The translations under genes and the position numbers were made by a program. A stretch of DNA of 64,000 nt from Mobula birostris (taxonomy: Eukaryota): positions 44,119,130-44,183,129 of the forward strand of contig NC_092375.1 in the NCBI RefSeq assembly GCF_030028105.1, in the 5' to 3' direction. The notes under the pieces are model-generated. The model saw only the letters and a program-made list of their open reading frames with translations. It was not told where the DNA came from and made no database searches. Each line of letters begins with the position of its first letter. Position 1 is the first letter of the stretch. Shown here piece after piece: positions 37,765 through 49,989 of this stretch.

Positions 37765-38875
37765 GTGCAATCAAGTCAATCAAGATTTGAATAGTTCAGC
37801 AGAAAGCCGTTCATTAGACAATCAAGATTTGAATAGCTCAGACTCAGCAGAAAGCAGCTGATTGGGCAATCGAAGTCAGGTGACCAAGCATTTTGAAAAG
37901 CTCAGATAAATAGAGGGGTAGATCAAGCGGAGCGGCCAGTGAGTGAGTGGGCCAGTGAAGGAGTGGAGCTTTGAGGCTTTGACACGAGAGGCTTCCACGA
38001 GAAGAGGCGGAGGACAAGCTTGTTCCCGGTTATTCTTTAATGTCTCCTGAGACGGTAATGTGCTTCTCATGTGGGATGTGGCAGTCTTGGGGGAACTCCC
38101 CTCTCCCGCAGAGTCACATCTGCCAGAAGTGCATATGGCTGGGCCATCTGGAAGACCATGTAAGGAACCTGGAGCAGCACCTGGATGACCTTCGACTCAT
38201 AAGGGAGAATGAGGCAGTCATAGATGAGAGCTACAGGGAGGTAGTCACACCTAGGCTGTCGGAAGCAGGTCGTTGGGTGACAGTCAGAGGGGGGAAAGCG
38301 AAGGTGAGCAGACAGGTAGTGCAGAGCACCACTGTAGCCATTCCCCTGAATAATAAGTTTACCATTCTGGATACTGTTGGTGGGGTTGACCAACCAGGTG
38401 TGAGCCACGGTGGCAGGGCCTCCGGCACAGAGTCTGAGCTGGTGGAGCAGAAGCGTGGGATGGAGAAGAGGACAGCTGTTGTCATTGGAGATTCTATAGT
38501 CAGGGGAGCAGACAGGAGATTTTGTGGACGTGAGAAGGACACCTGCATGGTTTGTTGCATCCCAGGTGCCAGGGTCCGGGATGTCTCTGACTGGGTGCAC
38601 GACATCCTGGTACGAGAGGGAAAGCAACCAGAAGTCGTGATACATGTTGGGACCGACGACATAGGCAGGAAGAGGGATGAGGTCCTGAAGTGTGAGTTTC
38701 GGGAAATAGGCAGAAGGCTGAAGAACAGGACCTCAAGGGTGGCATTCTCAGGATTGCTGCTAGGGCTACGTGACAATGATGGTAAGAATTGGAGGAGATG
38801 GCAGTTGAATGCGTGGCTGAGGAGTTGGTGCAGGGAGCAGGATTTTAGATTTTTGGATCATTGGGATCATTTTTG
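37765..38875 (+). mobile_element. CR1 5' UTR + ORF1 (zinc finger, coiled coil, SGNH esterase)
   Basis: ORF 38040-38876: CFSC..CQKC, VIGDSIVRG, PGARVRDV, VIHVGTDD. Confidence 0.9.
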
Positions 38876-39997
38876 ACTTCTGCAGTGCGTTCAACACCAT
38901 CCGCCCTGCTCTGCTGGGGGAGAAGCTGACAGCGATGCAGGTGGATACTTCCCTAGTATCATGGATTCTTGATTACCTGACTGGCAGACCACAGTACATG
39001 TGCTTGCAACGCTGTGTGTCGGACAGAGTGATCAGCAGCACTGGGGCTCCACAGGGGACTGTCTTGTCTCCCTTTCTCTTCACCATTCACACCTCAGACT
39101 TCAACTACTGCACGGAGTCTTGTCGTCTTCAGAAGTTTTCGGATGACTCTGCCATAGTTCGATGCATCAGCAAGGGAGATGAGGCTGAGAACAGGGCTAT
39201 GGTAGGAAACTTTGTCACATGGTGTGAGCAGAATTATCTGCAGCTTAATGTGAAAAAGACTGAGGAGCTGGTGGTAGACCTGAGGAGAGCTAAGGTAGCA
39301 GTGACCCCTGTTTCCATCCAGGGGGTCAGTGTGGACATGGTGGAGGTTTACAAATACCTGGGGATACGAATTGACAATAAGCTGGACTGGTCAAAGAACA
39401 CTGAGGCTGTCTACAAGAAGGGCCAGAGCCGTCTCTATTTCCTGAGGAGACTGAGGTCCTTTAACATCTGCTGTACGATGCTGAGGATGTTCTACGAGTC
39501 TGTGGTGGCCAGTGCTATCATGTTTGCTGTTGTGTGCTTGGGCAGCAGGCTGAGGGTGGCAGACACCAAGAGAACCAACAAACTCATTCGTAAGGCCAGT
39601 GATGTTGTGGGGATGGAACTGGACTCTCTCATGGTGGTGGCTGAAAAGAGGATGCTGTCTAAGTTGCATGCCATCTTGGTCAATGTCTCCCATCCACTAC
39701 ATAATGTACTGGTTGGGCACAGGAGTACATTCAGCCAGAGACTCATTCCACCGAGATGCAGCACTGAGCGTCATAGGAAGTCATTACTGCCTGTGGCCAT
39801 CAAACTTTACAACTCCTCCCTTGGGGGGTCAGACATCCTGAGCCAATAGGCTGGTCCTGGACTTATTTCATAATTTACTAGCATAATTTACTTATTACTA
39901 TTTAACTATATATGGTTCTATTACTATTTATTATTTATGGAGCAACTGTAACGAAAACCAATTTCCCCCGGGATTAATAAAGTATGACTATGACTAT
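38876..39997 (+). mobile_element. Rex1/Babar-like LINE 3' 1.1 kb with open RT C-terminal ORF
   Basis: ORF 38935-39849 (304 aa; GAPQGTVLSP, LQKFSDDS); (atgact) tail; close relative of 25370-27128. Confidence 0.9.
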
Positions 39998-40245
39998 TTA
40001 AGGTAAGGGGTGGGAAGTTCTAGGGGGATATTAAAGGAAGGTTTTTTACTCAGTGTGTGGTTGGTGCGTGGAATGCACTGCCTGAGTCAGTGGTGGAGGC
40101 AAATACACTACTGAAGTTTAAGAGACTACTAGACAGGTATATGGAGGAATTTAAGGTGAGGCTTATATGGGAGGCAGGGTTTGAGGGTCGGCACAACATT
40201 GTGGGCCGAAGGGCCTGTACTGTGCTGTACTATTCTATGTTCTAT
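39998..40245 (+). mobile_element. CR1 3' fragment
   Basis: VVGAWNALPESVVEA; (ttctatg) tail. Confidence 0.85.
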
Positions 40246-40879
40246 GAATTAGTTGAGGTGTTGCATGGTCAGAGTATGATTTCTCCAACTCCTGGTAAAG
40301 CCTTGCATCTGTTGTTTGACAGTTTGCCTTTAATAACAGTGTATCTTTTGGCATTGTCAGTCTATGTAATGCGAATAGCAGTGGACATTGTGGGTGAGTG
40401 TTGTGTTTTTCAGTTGAAAAGCACGCATTTGACGCTGATTGCGGGATTGGTGTGTGATTCACGTTGTGCGCTGTGAATCGGATGCTCTGTTGGTTTGTTT
40501 GTTTGTGCTCTATGTAGCCCGGGTTGTCTCTGATGCTGTTGACACTGTCACAGTTCACTTCTATATTATATTTATCAAATGCTGTTGCTTGTGAATCAAC
40601 AGAGGCATTTATAGCAGGCACATAATGCTTGAAACTGACTTTTGAACGCCACGCGTCTGGCCTTGCGAATACATATTACCATACAGTACATTCCTCAGCA
40701 CCATCACTGAATAACTGAGCCCCACTGTAGCACCAGCAAGAAAGAATCTCTGGCACCGCCACTGTACGGAAGCCTGAAGGCGCGCACACGCACCGATTCA
40801 GGAACAGCTTCTTCCCTGCCATCTGATTTCTAAGTGGACATTGACCTCATAAACACTTCTTCATTACACACATGAGGCT

Positions 40880-41560
40880 GCTTAACAAGATAAAATGCTG
40901 TTGTGTTACAGAAAAGATACTGGCATGGGTAGAGGAATAGCTGGCAGGCAGGAGGCAGCGAGTGGGAATAAAAGAGGCCTTTTCTGAATGTCTACCAGTA
41001 AACAGTGGTGTTCCTCAGGGGTCAGTATAGGGACTGCTACTTTTCACATTGTTTGTTAATGATTTGGATAATGGAATTGATGATTTTGTGGCAAAGTTTT
41101 CTGATGATAGCTGGAGGAGTAGGTAGTGCTGAGGAAGCAATGCGATTGCAGCAGGACAGACAAATTGGAAGAATGGGCAAAATAGAGGCAGGTGGAATAC
41201 AGTGTTGGGAAATGTATGAAAATGCATTTTGGTAAAAGGAACAATAGTGCGGACTATCATCTAAATGGGGAGAAGGTTCAAACATCAAAGGTGCAAAGGG
41301 ACTTAGGAGTCCTCTTGCAAGCACCCCGGAAGGTGAATTTATAGCTTGGCTCTGTGGTAAAGAAGGCAAATGCAATGTTAGCATTTATTTCAAGGGAAAT
41401 AGAATATAAAAGCGAGGAGATAACGCTGAGGATTTATGAGACACTAGTCAGGCAGCACATGGAGTATTGTCAACTGTTCTGGGCCCCATATCTCAGAAAG
41501 GAAGTTTTGTCATTGGAGAGAGTCCAGAGGAGGTTCACGAGGATGATTCTGGGAATTTCT
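40880..41560 (+). mobile_element. CR1 ORF2 fragment
   Basis: [35 protein letters not shown]. Confidence 0.8.
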
Positions 41561-42907
41561 CCCTCCTATTCACCTCCCCACTCATCCACGTACACACACA
41601 GTCCTCTAATCCCATGATAAGTCATCTCTGCACTCCAGTGGACTCATGGATTCATATGCACAATAGACCCAAGTTCATATTTTCCTTTATGTGAACCCCC
41701 TTCATTTATTACTTTATATTATATTTATAAGAACAGCATTTTTGGATAGAGGACTAATTCCCTTTCAGTTCCCCAAGCTGGAAGCAAAGCCATAGGAATC
41801 AGTCAAAGCCAAAAGAAAGAATCTTTGTCCATTAATGGCTTCAACTTATTTTGGACCTCTTATATAAGAAAGGATGTCCTTGCATGGTGAAGGAAGCGTC
41901 GGGACAGGAATCACCCAGCTCTGATGGTCATTTTATAATGTGTAAAATCGCTGCAGAATTTGTGGCGGTTTCACTTCAGTGCGTCACGTGTGGCAGACTG
42001 GCGGAAAGTATAATTTAAAAACTCTTCAATCATTCCAAACATTGGCCGTCTTGCACTGACAACTGATGAAATAGGCAAACGAGAAGCTGGAATTTGTAAA
42101 TAACCACTGAAAATATTTTCTGAAAAGCTAGCAGATGCACTTAAATAAAAAGGAAAAAATGTTGGCAACGTTCAGCAGGTCAGAGAGCATCCAGAGAAAA
42201 AAAAATAAGAGAAAAAATTTTTATCATTTCTGAGAGAAAGTGTGATTCAAGAGACTCAGGGGTAATGATGTGCTGGAAGAACAAGGTGAATGAGCAGCAT
42301 CTGTGGGAGGGAAGTTCGCATGGAGACGCTGCATCGGTACTGAGTTATCATTTCATTTAGACATGAAACAGAAAAGCAGAAAATATGTCGCTGCCGGACT
42401 TGCTGAGAGGGGCATCTTAAGTTCTCATTTCAGCAAATGATCACCTGCTTTAAGAGATCGATCACTCAAGCGAGGTGAGGACTTGTCCGCTGTGAATGGT
42501 TGGTATCGAGAAATACCGGCTGAGTCTTAGAGTCACGGAACAATAGGGCCCGAACGCAGCGCCGTCGGTTCAATCAGCCCACGCAGACCACGTTATCCAT
42601 CTCTAGCCAGTTCCAATTTCCTGCATTCAGCCCATATTCCTCCAGGCCCCTTCCCTCAAGTGGTTCTTACATAATACTATTGCACATGAATTTTGCACTA
42701 TTTAGAAATTTTATGTCTTATCACTGTACCGCTGCCACAAATTCTGCGACATATTTCAATATTAATAAACCTGGTTCTCATTCTGATACTGGTTCTTCCT
42801 CAACTACTTCTTCTGGCAGCTTGTTCCCTATACTCATCACCCTCTGCGTGGGAAAAGTTGTCCCTGGGATCCCTTTTAAATCTTCCCCCTCGTCCTAAAT
42901 TTATGCC

Positions 42908-44298
42908 TGTCATAAGGGGGGCGCTGGGAGCGGACCCAAATGCAAGACACAGACACTGAAGTACTAGGAACCGGACTAGAGTTAGGGACGGGACTGGATG
43001 CAGACTAGGAGCTGGGACAAGAACACAGACTTGGGCTAGGACTTGACTAGGAAAGCGGGACCTGGACGAGGAACTAGGAACTTGGAAACTGGACAAGGGC
43101 TCCGAGCCAGAGACTGGACAAGGACGCGAAACCTGAGTCTTGACTCGGGTTCGGACCCCGGATCCAAGCAAGGAGATGACGTGGCTACAGGACTGGACGA
43201 CACACATGGACAGGACGAGAACACAAAGCCTGACTTGGACAGGACTTGGACTAGACGAGGTTCTTGGACGTGGCCAGGACTAGACGAGGTTCTTGGACAG
43301 GACGAGAGACTCCAGCACAGGATGAAGGAACTCCAGCACCGGGCTGGGCGAGAACACGAAACCTTGATTTGGTCGACGGAAAGACAGGAACGCAGAGCCT
43401 TGGTCGAGGGAGAGACAGGAACGCAGAGCCTTGGTCGAGGGAGAGTGGAACATGGAACACAGAGCCGGGACCCCTCCTTGGGAACAGGACGTAGGGCCAG
43501 GACTCATACACAGAATGCAGAACATGACGAGATGTTTCTCAACACTAGGTAGCCGCAAACGGCCAGACCTACCTAGCGAAGGTGTGGACACAGAGACAGT
43601 TCAAAACAACGATAGACAGTTCCTTATTTTGCTCTGGTGGTTGAATCTGACAGTGGTGCAGGCGAGGGTTACAGGTGAAGGAAGGCTTCAGGCGAGGTTT
43701 GGTAAGGCTTCAGGCAGGGCTTAGTCATAGTCATACTTTATTAATCCCAGGGGGAAATTGGTTTTCGTTACAGTTGCACCATAAATAATAAATAGTAATA
43801 GAACCATAAATAGTTAAATAGTAATATGTAAATTATGCCAGTAAATTATGAAATAAGTCCGCAACCAGCCTATCGGCACAGGGTGTCTGACCCTCCAAGG
43901 GCGGAGTTGTAAAGTTTGATGGCCACAGGCAGGAATGACTTCCTATGACACTCTGTGCTGCATCTTGGAGGAATGAGTCTCTGGCTGAATGTACTCCTGT
44001 GCCCACCCAGTACATTATGTAGTGGATGGGAGACATTGACCAAGATGGCCTGCAACTTAGACAGCATCCTCTTTTCAGAACTACCATGAGAGAGTCCACG
44101 GGAGGAAGGGGAGGGGAAGGGAACAGTCCAGCAAATGAAGCTGACCCCAGGAGCTATTTATGTAGCCAGCCCAAAATCAGATTCATATGCTTCAATTAAG
44201 GCACACAACAGGACCAGGGAAAACCGGAAAACCTGGAGTACAGATCGATGGACCGGACCATGAACCGGAATGTGGATTTTACGGACCGGACCGTGACA
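42908..44298. mobile_element. Solo LTR-like element (copy 1) with a nested Rex fragment at 43722-44098
   Basis: TGTCA...TGACA ends; flanks atgcc / ttgtc (degenerate 5-bp TSD); internal short repeats ggaacgcagagccttggtcgagggaga. Confidence 0.75.
43722..44098 (-). mobile_element. Rex1-like LINE 3' fragment
   Basis: Tail tagtcatagtcatactttatt; MLSKLQAILVNVSHPLH; same family as 38876-39997. Confidence 0.85.
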
Positions 44299-44552
44299 TT
44301 GTCCTCTGATTTGGGTTTCCCTTCCCAGGGAAAAGACTGCTTCCATTCCCCATTATCCATGCCTCCCATAATTTAAAATGCTTCTATAAGATTGTCTACC
44401 ATTCTCTTACACTCTAAGTAATAAGGATCCAGAGTGACCAGACTTTTTTCATAACTCAGACCCTCTAGACCCAGCAATACCCTCATTTTTGTACTCTTTC
44501 CAATTTAACTGCAGTTTTTCTATAATAAAGTGACCTAAACTGTACACCAAAC

Positions 44553-46093
44553 TGTCATGGTCGGGTCTGTGAAGCCCACTTTCCAGTTCATGGTCCGGTC
44601 CATAGTTCCTTATTCCAGATTTTCTAGTTTTCCCTTGTCCTATTGTGTGCCTTAATTGAGGCACATGATTCTCATTTTGGGCTGGCTACATACACAGCTC
44701 CTTGGTTCAGCTTCAGTTGCTGGATTGTTCCCTTCTCTTCCTTCTGAAGCCTCGCCTGCTACCTTCGCCAGTGTCCTTGCCTATAATGTTGTCAGGTTCA
44801 ACCGCCAGGGCAAGATCGGGGCCTTGCTGTGTCTAGATATGGAACTGCCTTTTGTTGTTTGGAACTGTCTCTTTGTGTCCTCGCCTTCGTTAGGTAGGTC
44901 TGGCCATTTGCCACTACCTTGTGTTGGGAACCGTGTCTGTGTCCACGCCTTTGCTAGGTAGGTCTGGCCGTTTGCCGCTACCTTGAGTGGAGATCTGTCT
45001 CTCAGTATTCTGTGTATGAGTCCCAGCCCTATGTCCTGCTCCCTAGGAGGGGTTCTGACTCTGTGTAGAGCCCCGGCCCCAAGTCCTGTTCCCAAGGAGG
45101 TGTCCCAGCTCTGTGTTCCATGTTCCTGTTCTCCCTCGACCAAGGCTCTGCGTTCCTGTTCTCCCTCAACCAAGTCAAGGTTTCGTGTTCTCGTCCTGTC
45201 CATGTGCTTTGCCCAGCCCAGGAGTACCTCGCTCAGCCCGATGCTGGGGTTCCCTTGTCCTGTCCTGGAGTCTCATGTCCAGTCCTGTTGCCAGTACTCA
45301 TCCTGTAGCCACATCTTGTCCTCACCTAGATCCAGGGTCTGAGCCCGAGTCAAGACCCAGGTTCCGGGTCCCTGTCCAGTCTCTGGCTCTGAGTCCTTGT
45401 CCAGGTTCCAAGTTCCTTGTTCCTCATCCAGGTCCCGCTTCCCTAGTCATTCGCTGCTGTCGTTACTGTACGGTCAGGAATCTTCCGGAGGGAAGGCCTC
45501 AAAATCCCCGGCCTTGCCTGCTGTTGGCGACCGAGTTTGAGGTTGAATCGTTTGGACAGAGATGGCGCTCAGTACTCGGTGTCAGAGAGCTGATTCGGAG
45601 GCTCGAAGTTTTCGGATGACTCAGAGACGGATTGTGGTCAGGCATGGCAGGAAGAGTTTTTCTTCCTTCTCCCGTCTGCGTGAGATGTGGGACATTTGAG
45701 AGACTTTGAACTTTTTACTGTGCTCATGGACTTCTTCATCAAGTTATGGTATTGTTGCACTGTTGTAACTATATGTTATAATTATGTGGTTTTGTTAGTT
45801 TTTTCAGTCTTGGTCTGTCCTGTGTTTTGTGATATCACACCGGAGGAAATATTGTATCATTTCTTAATGCATGCATTACTAAATGATAATAAAAGAGGAC
45901 TGCATGTCTTCATAATCATATCATCATAGTCCTAGCCCAGGCCCTGTATCCTGGCCTCGTGCAGGGCCTGTGACTTGTCCAGCGCCGTTTCTTCCCCACT
46001 TCCCTTGCTTGCTTGACTCACCTAGTCCTGTTCCTAGTACTTCAGTGTCTGTGTCTTGCACTTGTGTCCGCCATTAACGCCACCCTTGTGACA
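44553..46093. mobile_element. Solo LTR-like element (copy 2), inverted relative to copy 1
   Basis: TGTCA...TGACA ends with perfect 5-bp TSD CAAAC (44548-44552, 46094-46098); contains an insertion at ~45450-45926. Confidence 0.85.
45450..45926 (+). mobile_element. Non-autonomous retroelement nested in LTR copy 2
   Basis: Ends aataaaagaggactgcatgtcttcataatcatatc; homologous to 7689-8330. Confidence 0.7.
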
Positions 46094-46129
46094 CAAACTC
46101 CAAATACAGCCTCTCGAACAACTTATACA

Positions 46130-46870
46130 ACAACACTATATCCCAATACCAACCCAGGAGACAAGGAGGCATACAAGAGTGAAATAGATCTGTTGATTGA
46201 GTGGTGTCATAACAACAACTTTGCACTCAACAGCAGCAAGTGTGAGTATTTGTCTGTGGATTTCAGAAAGGGAAAGTCAGGACATCTACCCCACTCCTCA
46301 TTGTCAGCTCAGTGGTAGAAAGGGTGAGCAACTTCAAGTTCTTGGGCATCAATGTCTCAGTAAGTCTATCCTGAGCCCAACACAATGATGCAATCACAAA
46401 GAAGGGACATCAACAGCTCCAGGAGATTTGGTATGTCACCAAGGTCACCTGCAAATCCCTACCATGGAGAACGTTCTGACTGGTTGCATCACAGCCTGGT
46501 CCAGAGCTTTCAATGTGCAGAATTGCATGAGGCTGCAGAGGTTTGGAGATTCAGCCATTTCCATCACAGGCACATTACTTCCCACCATCGTGGACACCTT
46601 CAAGTGGCAGCAGCTCAAGAAGCCGGCATCCATCTGGAACATGCCCTCTTTGCATTACCACCTTCAGAGGAGCCTGAAGACCTACACTCGACACTTTAAG
46701 AAGAGCTTCTTCACTCTGCCATCAGATTTCTGGACAGTTTGCAAATACATGAACACTACCTCATTATTTGCCTTTTGCACTATTTGTTTATTTTGTAATT
46801 TGTAGTAACTTTTATGTCCTGTATTGCACTGCCACAAAACATCAGATTTCATGACCTAGGTTAGTGAAAA
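46130..46870 (+). mobile_element. Rex1/Babar-like LINE 3' fragment
   Basis: EAYKSEID.L.EWCHNNN.ALN, NFKFLGINVS, ENVLTGCITAW. Confidence 0.75.
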
Positions 46871-47394
46871 TAAACCTCATTTTGATTCTATACATACTTG
46901 CCCTGACTGATGAATGGCAGCATGCTAAAGACCTTTTTCACCATCCTGTCTACCTGTGTTGCAGATTTTAATAAACGAATCACTTGCACTTCTTACCACC
47001 ACTAACCCCATAATTCCTCTACACTCTCTATTGCCCTACCATTCATAGTATAGGTCCTAAACTGATATGACTTTCCAAAATGCATCACCTCGTACTTATC
47101 TGTATTGAAATGAATTTGCTATTCCTTGGCCCACTTCCCTAACTGATCAAGATCCACTGTAATCGATGATAACCTCCTTCACTAACAACACCACCTCCCT
47201 TATTTTGTGTCATCCACAAACTTGCTGATCAAGCCTTGTGCATTAACATCCTTCTATAAATAATGAATAACGAAGGTCCAGTATGAGTGTCCCTGTGACT
47301 GCTCCTGCCCCTGTGGCACATTGGTAGTCACTGGCCACCATTCTGAGAAACAACCTTCAACCACCACCCTTCTGCTTCCTACCCACAAAACAAC

Positions 47395-47975
47395 CTACCT
47401 ATAAGACCTTGGTCAGTCCACACTTGGAGTACTGTGTTCATTTCTGGTCACCTCACTACAGGAAGCATGTGGATACTATAGTAAGTGTGCAGAGGAGATT
47501 TACGAGGATGTTGCCTGGATTGGAGGGCGTACCTTATGAGGATAGGTTGAGTGAACTTGGCCTTTCCTCCTTGGAGCAATGGAAGATGAGAGGTGTCCTG
47601 ATAGAGATAGTGTATAAGATGATGAGGGGCATTGATCGTGTGGATAGCCAGAGGCTTTTTTCCCAGGGCTGAAATGACTAACAAGAGGAGCATAGTTTTA
47701 ATGTGCTTGGAAATAGGTACTGAGGGGATGCCAGGGGGACGTTTTTCACACAGAGAGTGGTGGGTGCATGGAATGCACTGCAGGCGGTGGTGATGAAAGC
47801 GGATACAATAGGGTTTTTTAAGAGCCTCTTAGATAGGTACATGGAGCTTAGAAATATAGAGGGCTATGCCCTAGGGAAATTCTCAGCAGTTTCTAGAGTA
47901 GGTTACATGGTCGGCACAACAGTTTGGTCCGAAGGGCCTGTAATGTGCTGTAGATTTCTATGTCCTATGTTCTAA
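47395..47975 (+). mobile_element. CR1 3' fragment
   Basis: LVSPHLEYCVHFWSPHYRK; tail ctatgtcctatgttcta. Confidence 0.85.
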
Positions 47976-47979
47976 ATAG

Positions 47980-48900
47980 CTCTCCCTGGATTCCAGGAGA
48001 ATTAACCCTGCAGACCAGGCCACCATGTGGGACCTTGTTGAAGGCCTTGCTAAAGCCCAGATAGACAATATCCACTGCTTTGCCTTCATCTACCCTTTTG
48101 GCTACCTCTTCAAAGAGCTCTAAAAGATTCAACTAGCACAACCTCCCATGTTCAAAGCTATTCTAACTCCTCCGAATCAGCCTCTGTCTACCCAAATGCT
48201 GATAGATTCTGTCACTCAGAATTCCCTCCATCTACTCCCCCAATACTGATAACTGGCTGATTGGCCTGTAGTTCCCTGGCCTGTCCTTTCCACCCTTCTT
48301 GAACAATGGAACATTAGCCACCCTCCAGTCTTCTGGAACATCACCAATGACTAACAATGAAACAAATATCTTTGCAAGGGCCTCTGCAATTTTCTCTCTA
48401 TCCTCTTACAAAGTCCAAGGACATACTCAGTCAGGCCCTGGGGACTTATTCACCTTAATGTGCTGTAAGGCTGCAAATACATCCTTCCTGGCATTACGAA
48501 CTTTTTCCAAAACATCTCCACTTTTTTCCCCTTCTCTTGAGCAAGCACTGTGGAGAACTATTCACTTATCTATCCCACCTGTTTCCTGTGGCTTGAGACA
48601 TTTACGGCCCTGCTGGTATCTAAGAGGACCTACTCTCTCTAGACACCTTTTTATTCTTTATGTAGTTGGACATCCTCTGAGAATTGTGCTTAATCTTAAG
48701 TGCCAAATCCATCTCTTATATTCTCTTTGCCCTCCTGATTTCCATCGTTACTGTATTCTTAATCTTTTTATGGCCATCGAGAGACTTACATCTCCTCGAC
48801 TTCTTAAAAGCATTGTTCACTTTCTTCTTCATCTTAACAAGTGCAACTGGGGCATTTTATGCCCCGCTGGTGCTAGATGCTTTGTTTTCATATTACTGAG
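47980..48900 (-). mobile_element. CR1 ORF2 fragments
   Basis: Antisense of KSPGPD, NYRPISL and AFNKVPH-type motifs. Confidence 0.65.
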
Positions 48901-49989
48901 ATGTTTGTGTGTTAAAAAGAACTACTTTGGCCTTTAGTACAATGTATGATTTCATCTGTGGGAATGGTTGATTTCATAGACGGTAGAGTGAAGGAGTTCA
49001 AAATAAAACAGAGAATATTCAGTAGGTTAAGTAGCATTTGTGGGAAGGGAAACAGAGGTAACATTTCTGGTTGAAGAGTTTTAGTCAGGACTGGGAAGGA
49101 GACCAAAGACACTCGTAAAGAGGTAGGGTGGAGGATGGGAAGAAAGGGGTATGCTTCTGATAGGATAAAATGAGGGTAACCATGGAGTTAGGCTAACAAT
49201 CAAAGTTATCTGGTCAGTGATTAAATGGGAGCAGTAAGAGGGTGATAATATAGACAAAGAATGGGGGAGACTGGTCATGTCCACCACTTCCAAAGAAAAG
49301 AAATAGGGAAGGAGGAAATCTGTGCTAATATTACAGATGGGCAACTGACACAGACCAAGAAATCACATTACATAAGGCTATAACATTCAGAATGGAATCC
49401 AAAAGATTGCAACATGCCCACACAGATTGGGTTCTTCTCTTCATGTTTGATATTTTACCTGACCATTATGTCATTGCATAGTATGCTCATTTTTCTGTGA
49501 AAGGTTTCATTTTCAGATTATTCATTGTCATACACACCGGAGTGCAATAAAACTCCTTGTCCATGTGAAGATCACAGAGTAAACAGTGCACATGGTAACA
49601 ATAATAAATATAACAACAGGTGCAAACCAAAGGAACGGTGCAAAGTATAGTAGTGCAAACTGAAGTTGTCCAAGAAGAAATGCTGAATACAATAATGGAA
49701 GAGGTAGATGGACAAGGAGTTCCTAGCCAACCCAGTTACCATTTATTCCATTGTTTAAGCTTTAATATACACCATTGCAGAAAAATACATTAGGCATCCT
49801 ATGAAGATTCAGCATTAGATGTGGCATGAAGTGCAGGGTTGTTGAGAAGTGAAGGTGGCGCCAGCAAACAATATGACCAAAGCCAACGTCTTTCAGACAG
49901 TCCACAAAACTACTTCTTTCACTTTTTTTTCCTCTCAAATGTGGTTCGGCTACTGTTGGACCCTGTGATCTACATTGCAGTGGTGTGTT

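Larger units (their letters stand above)
36055..40764 (+). mobile_element. hAT DNA transposon (internally deleted transposase) with nested LINEs
   Basis: Perfect 8-bp TSD TACGGAAG (36047-36054, 40765-40772); TIRs CAGGGGCGGCGC / GCACCGCCACTG; zinc-finger remnant FCFACRH ~36950; dimerisation domain TLPVTSASCKRSFSCL..LKNYLR (37212-37529). Confidence 0.9.
35770..40870 (+). mobile_element. Rex1-like LINE 3' fragment split by the hAT insertion
   Basis: Host sequence ..aggaggtacggaag| resumes as |tacggaagcctgaaggcgc...ttcaggaacagcttc after 40764. Confidence 0.75.

Noticed and set aside
38067-38776. Minus-strand ORFs of 192 and 181 aa
   Set aside because: Antisense to CR1 ORF1.
42800-45619. Cluster of 100-170 aa ORFs
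   Set aside because: They arise from low-complexity internal repeats of solo LTRs; no gag/pol motifs.
48299-48937. 212-aa plus-strand ORF
   Set aside because: Antisense shadow of degenerate CR1 ORF2 sequence.
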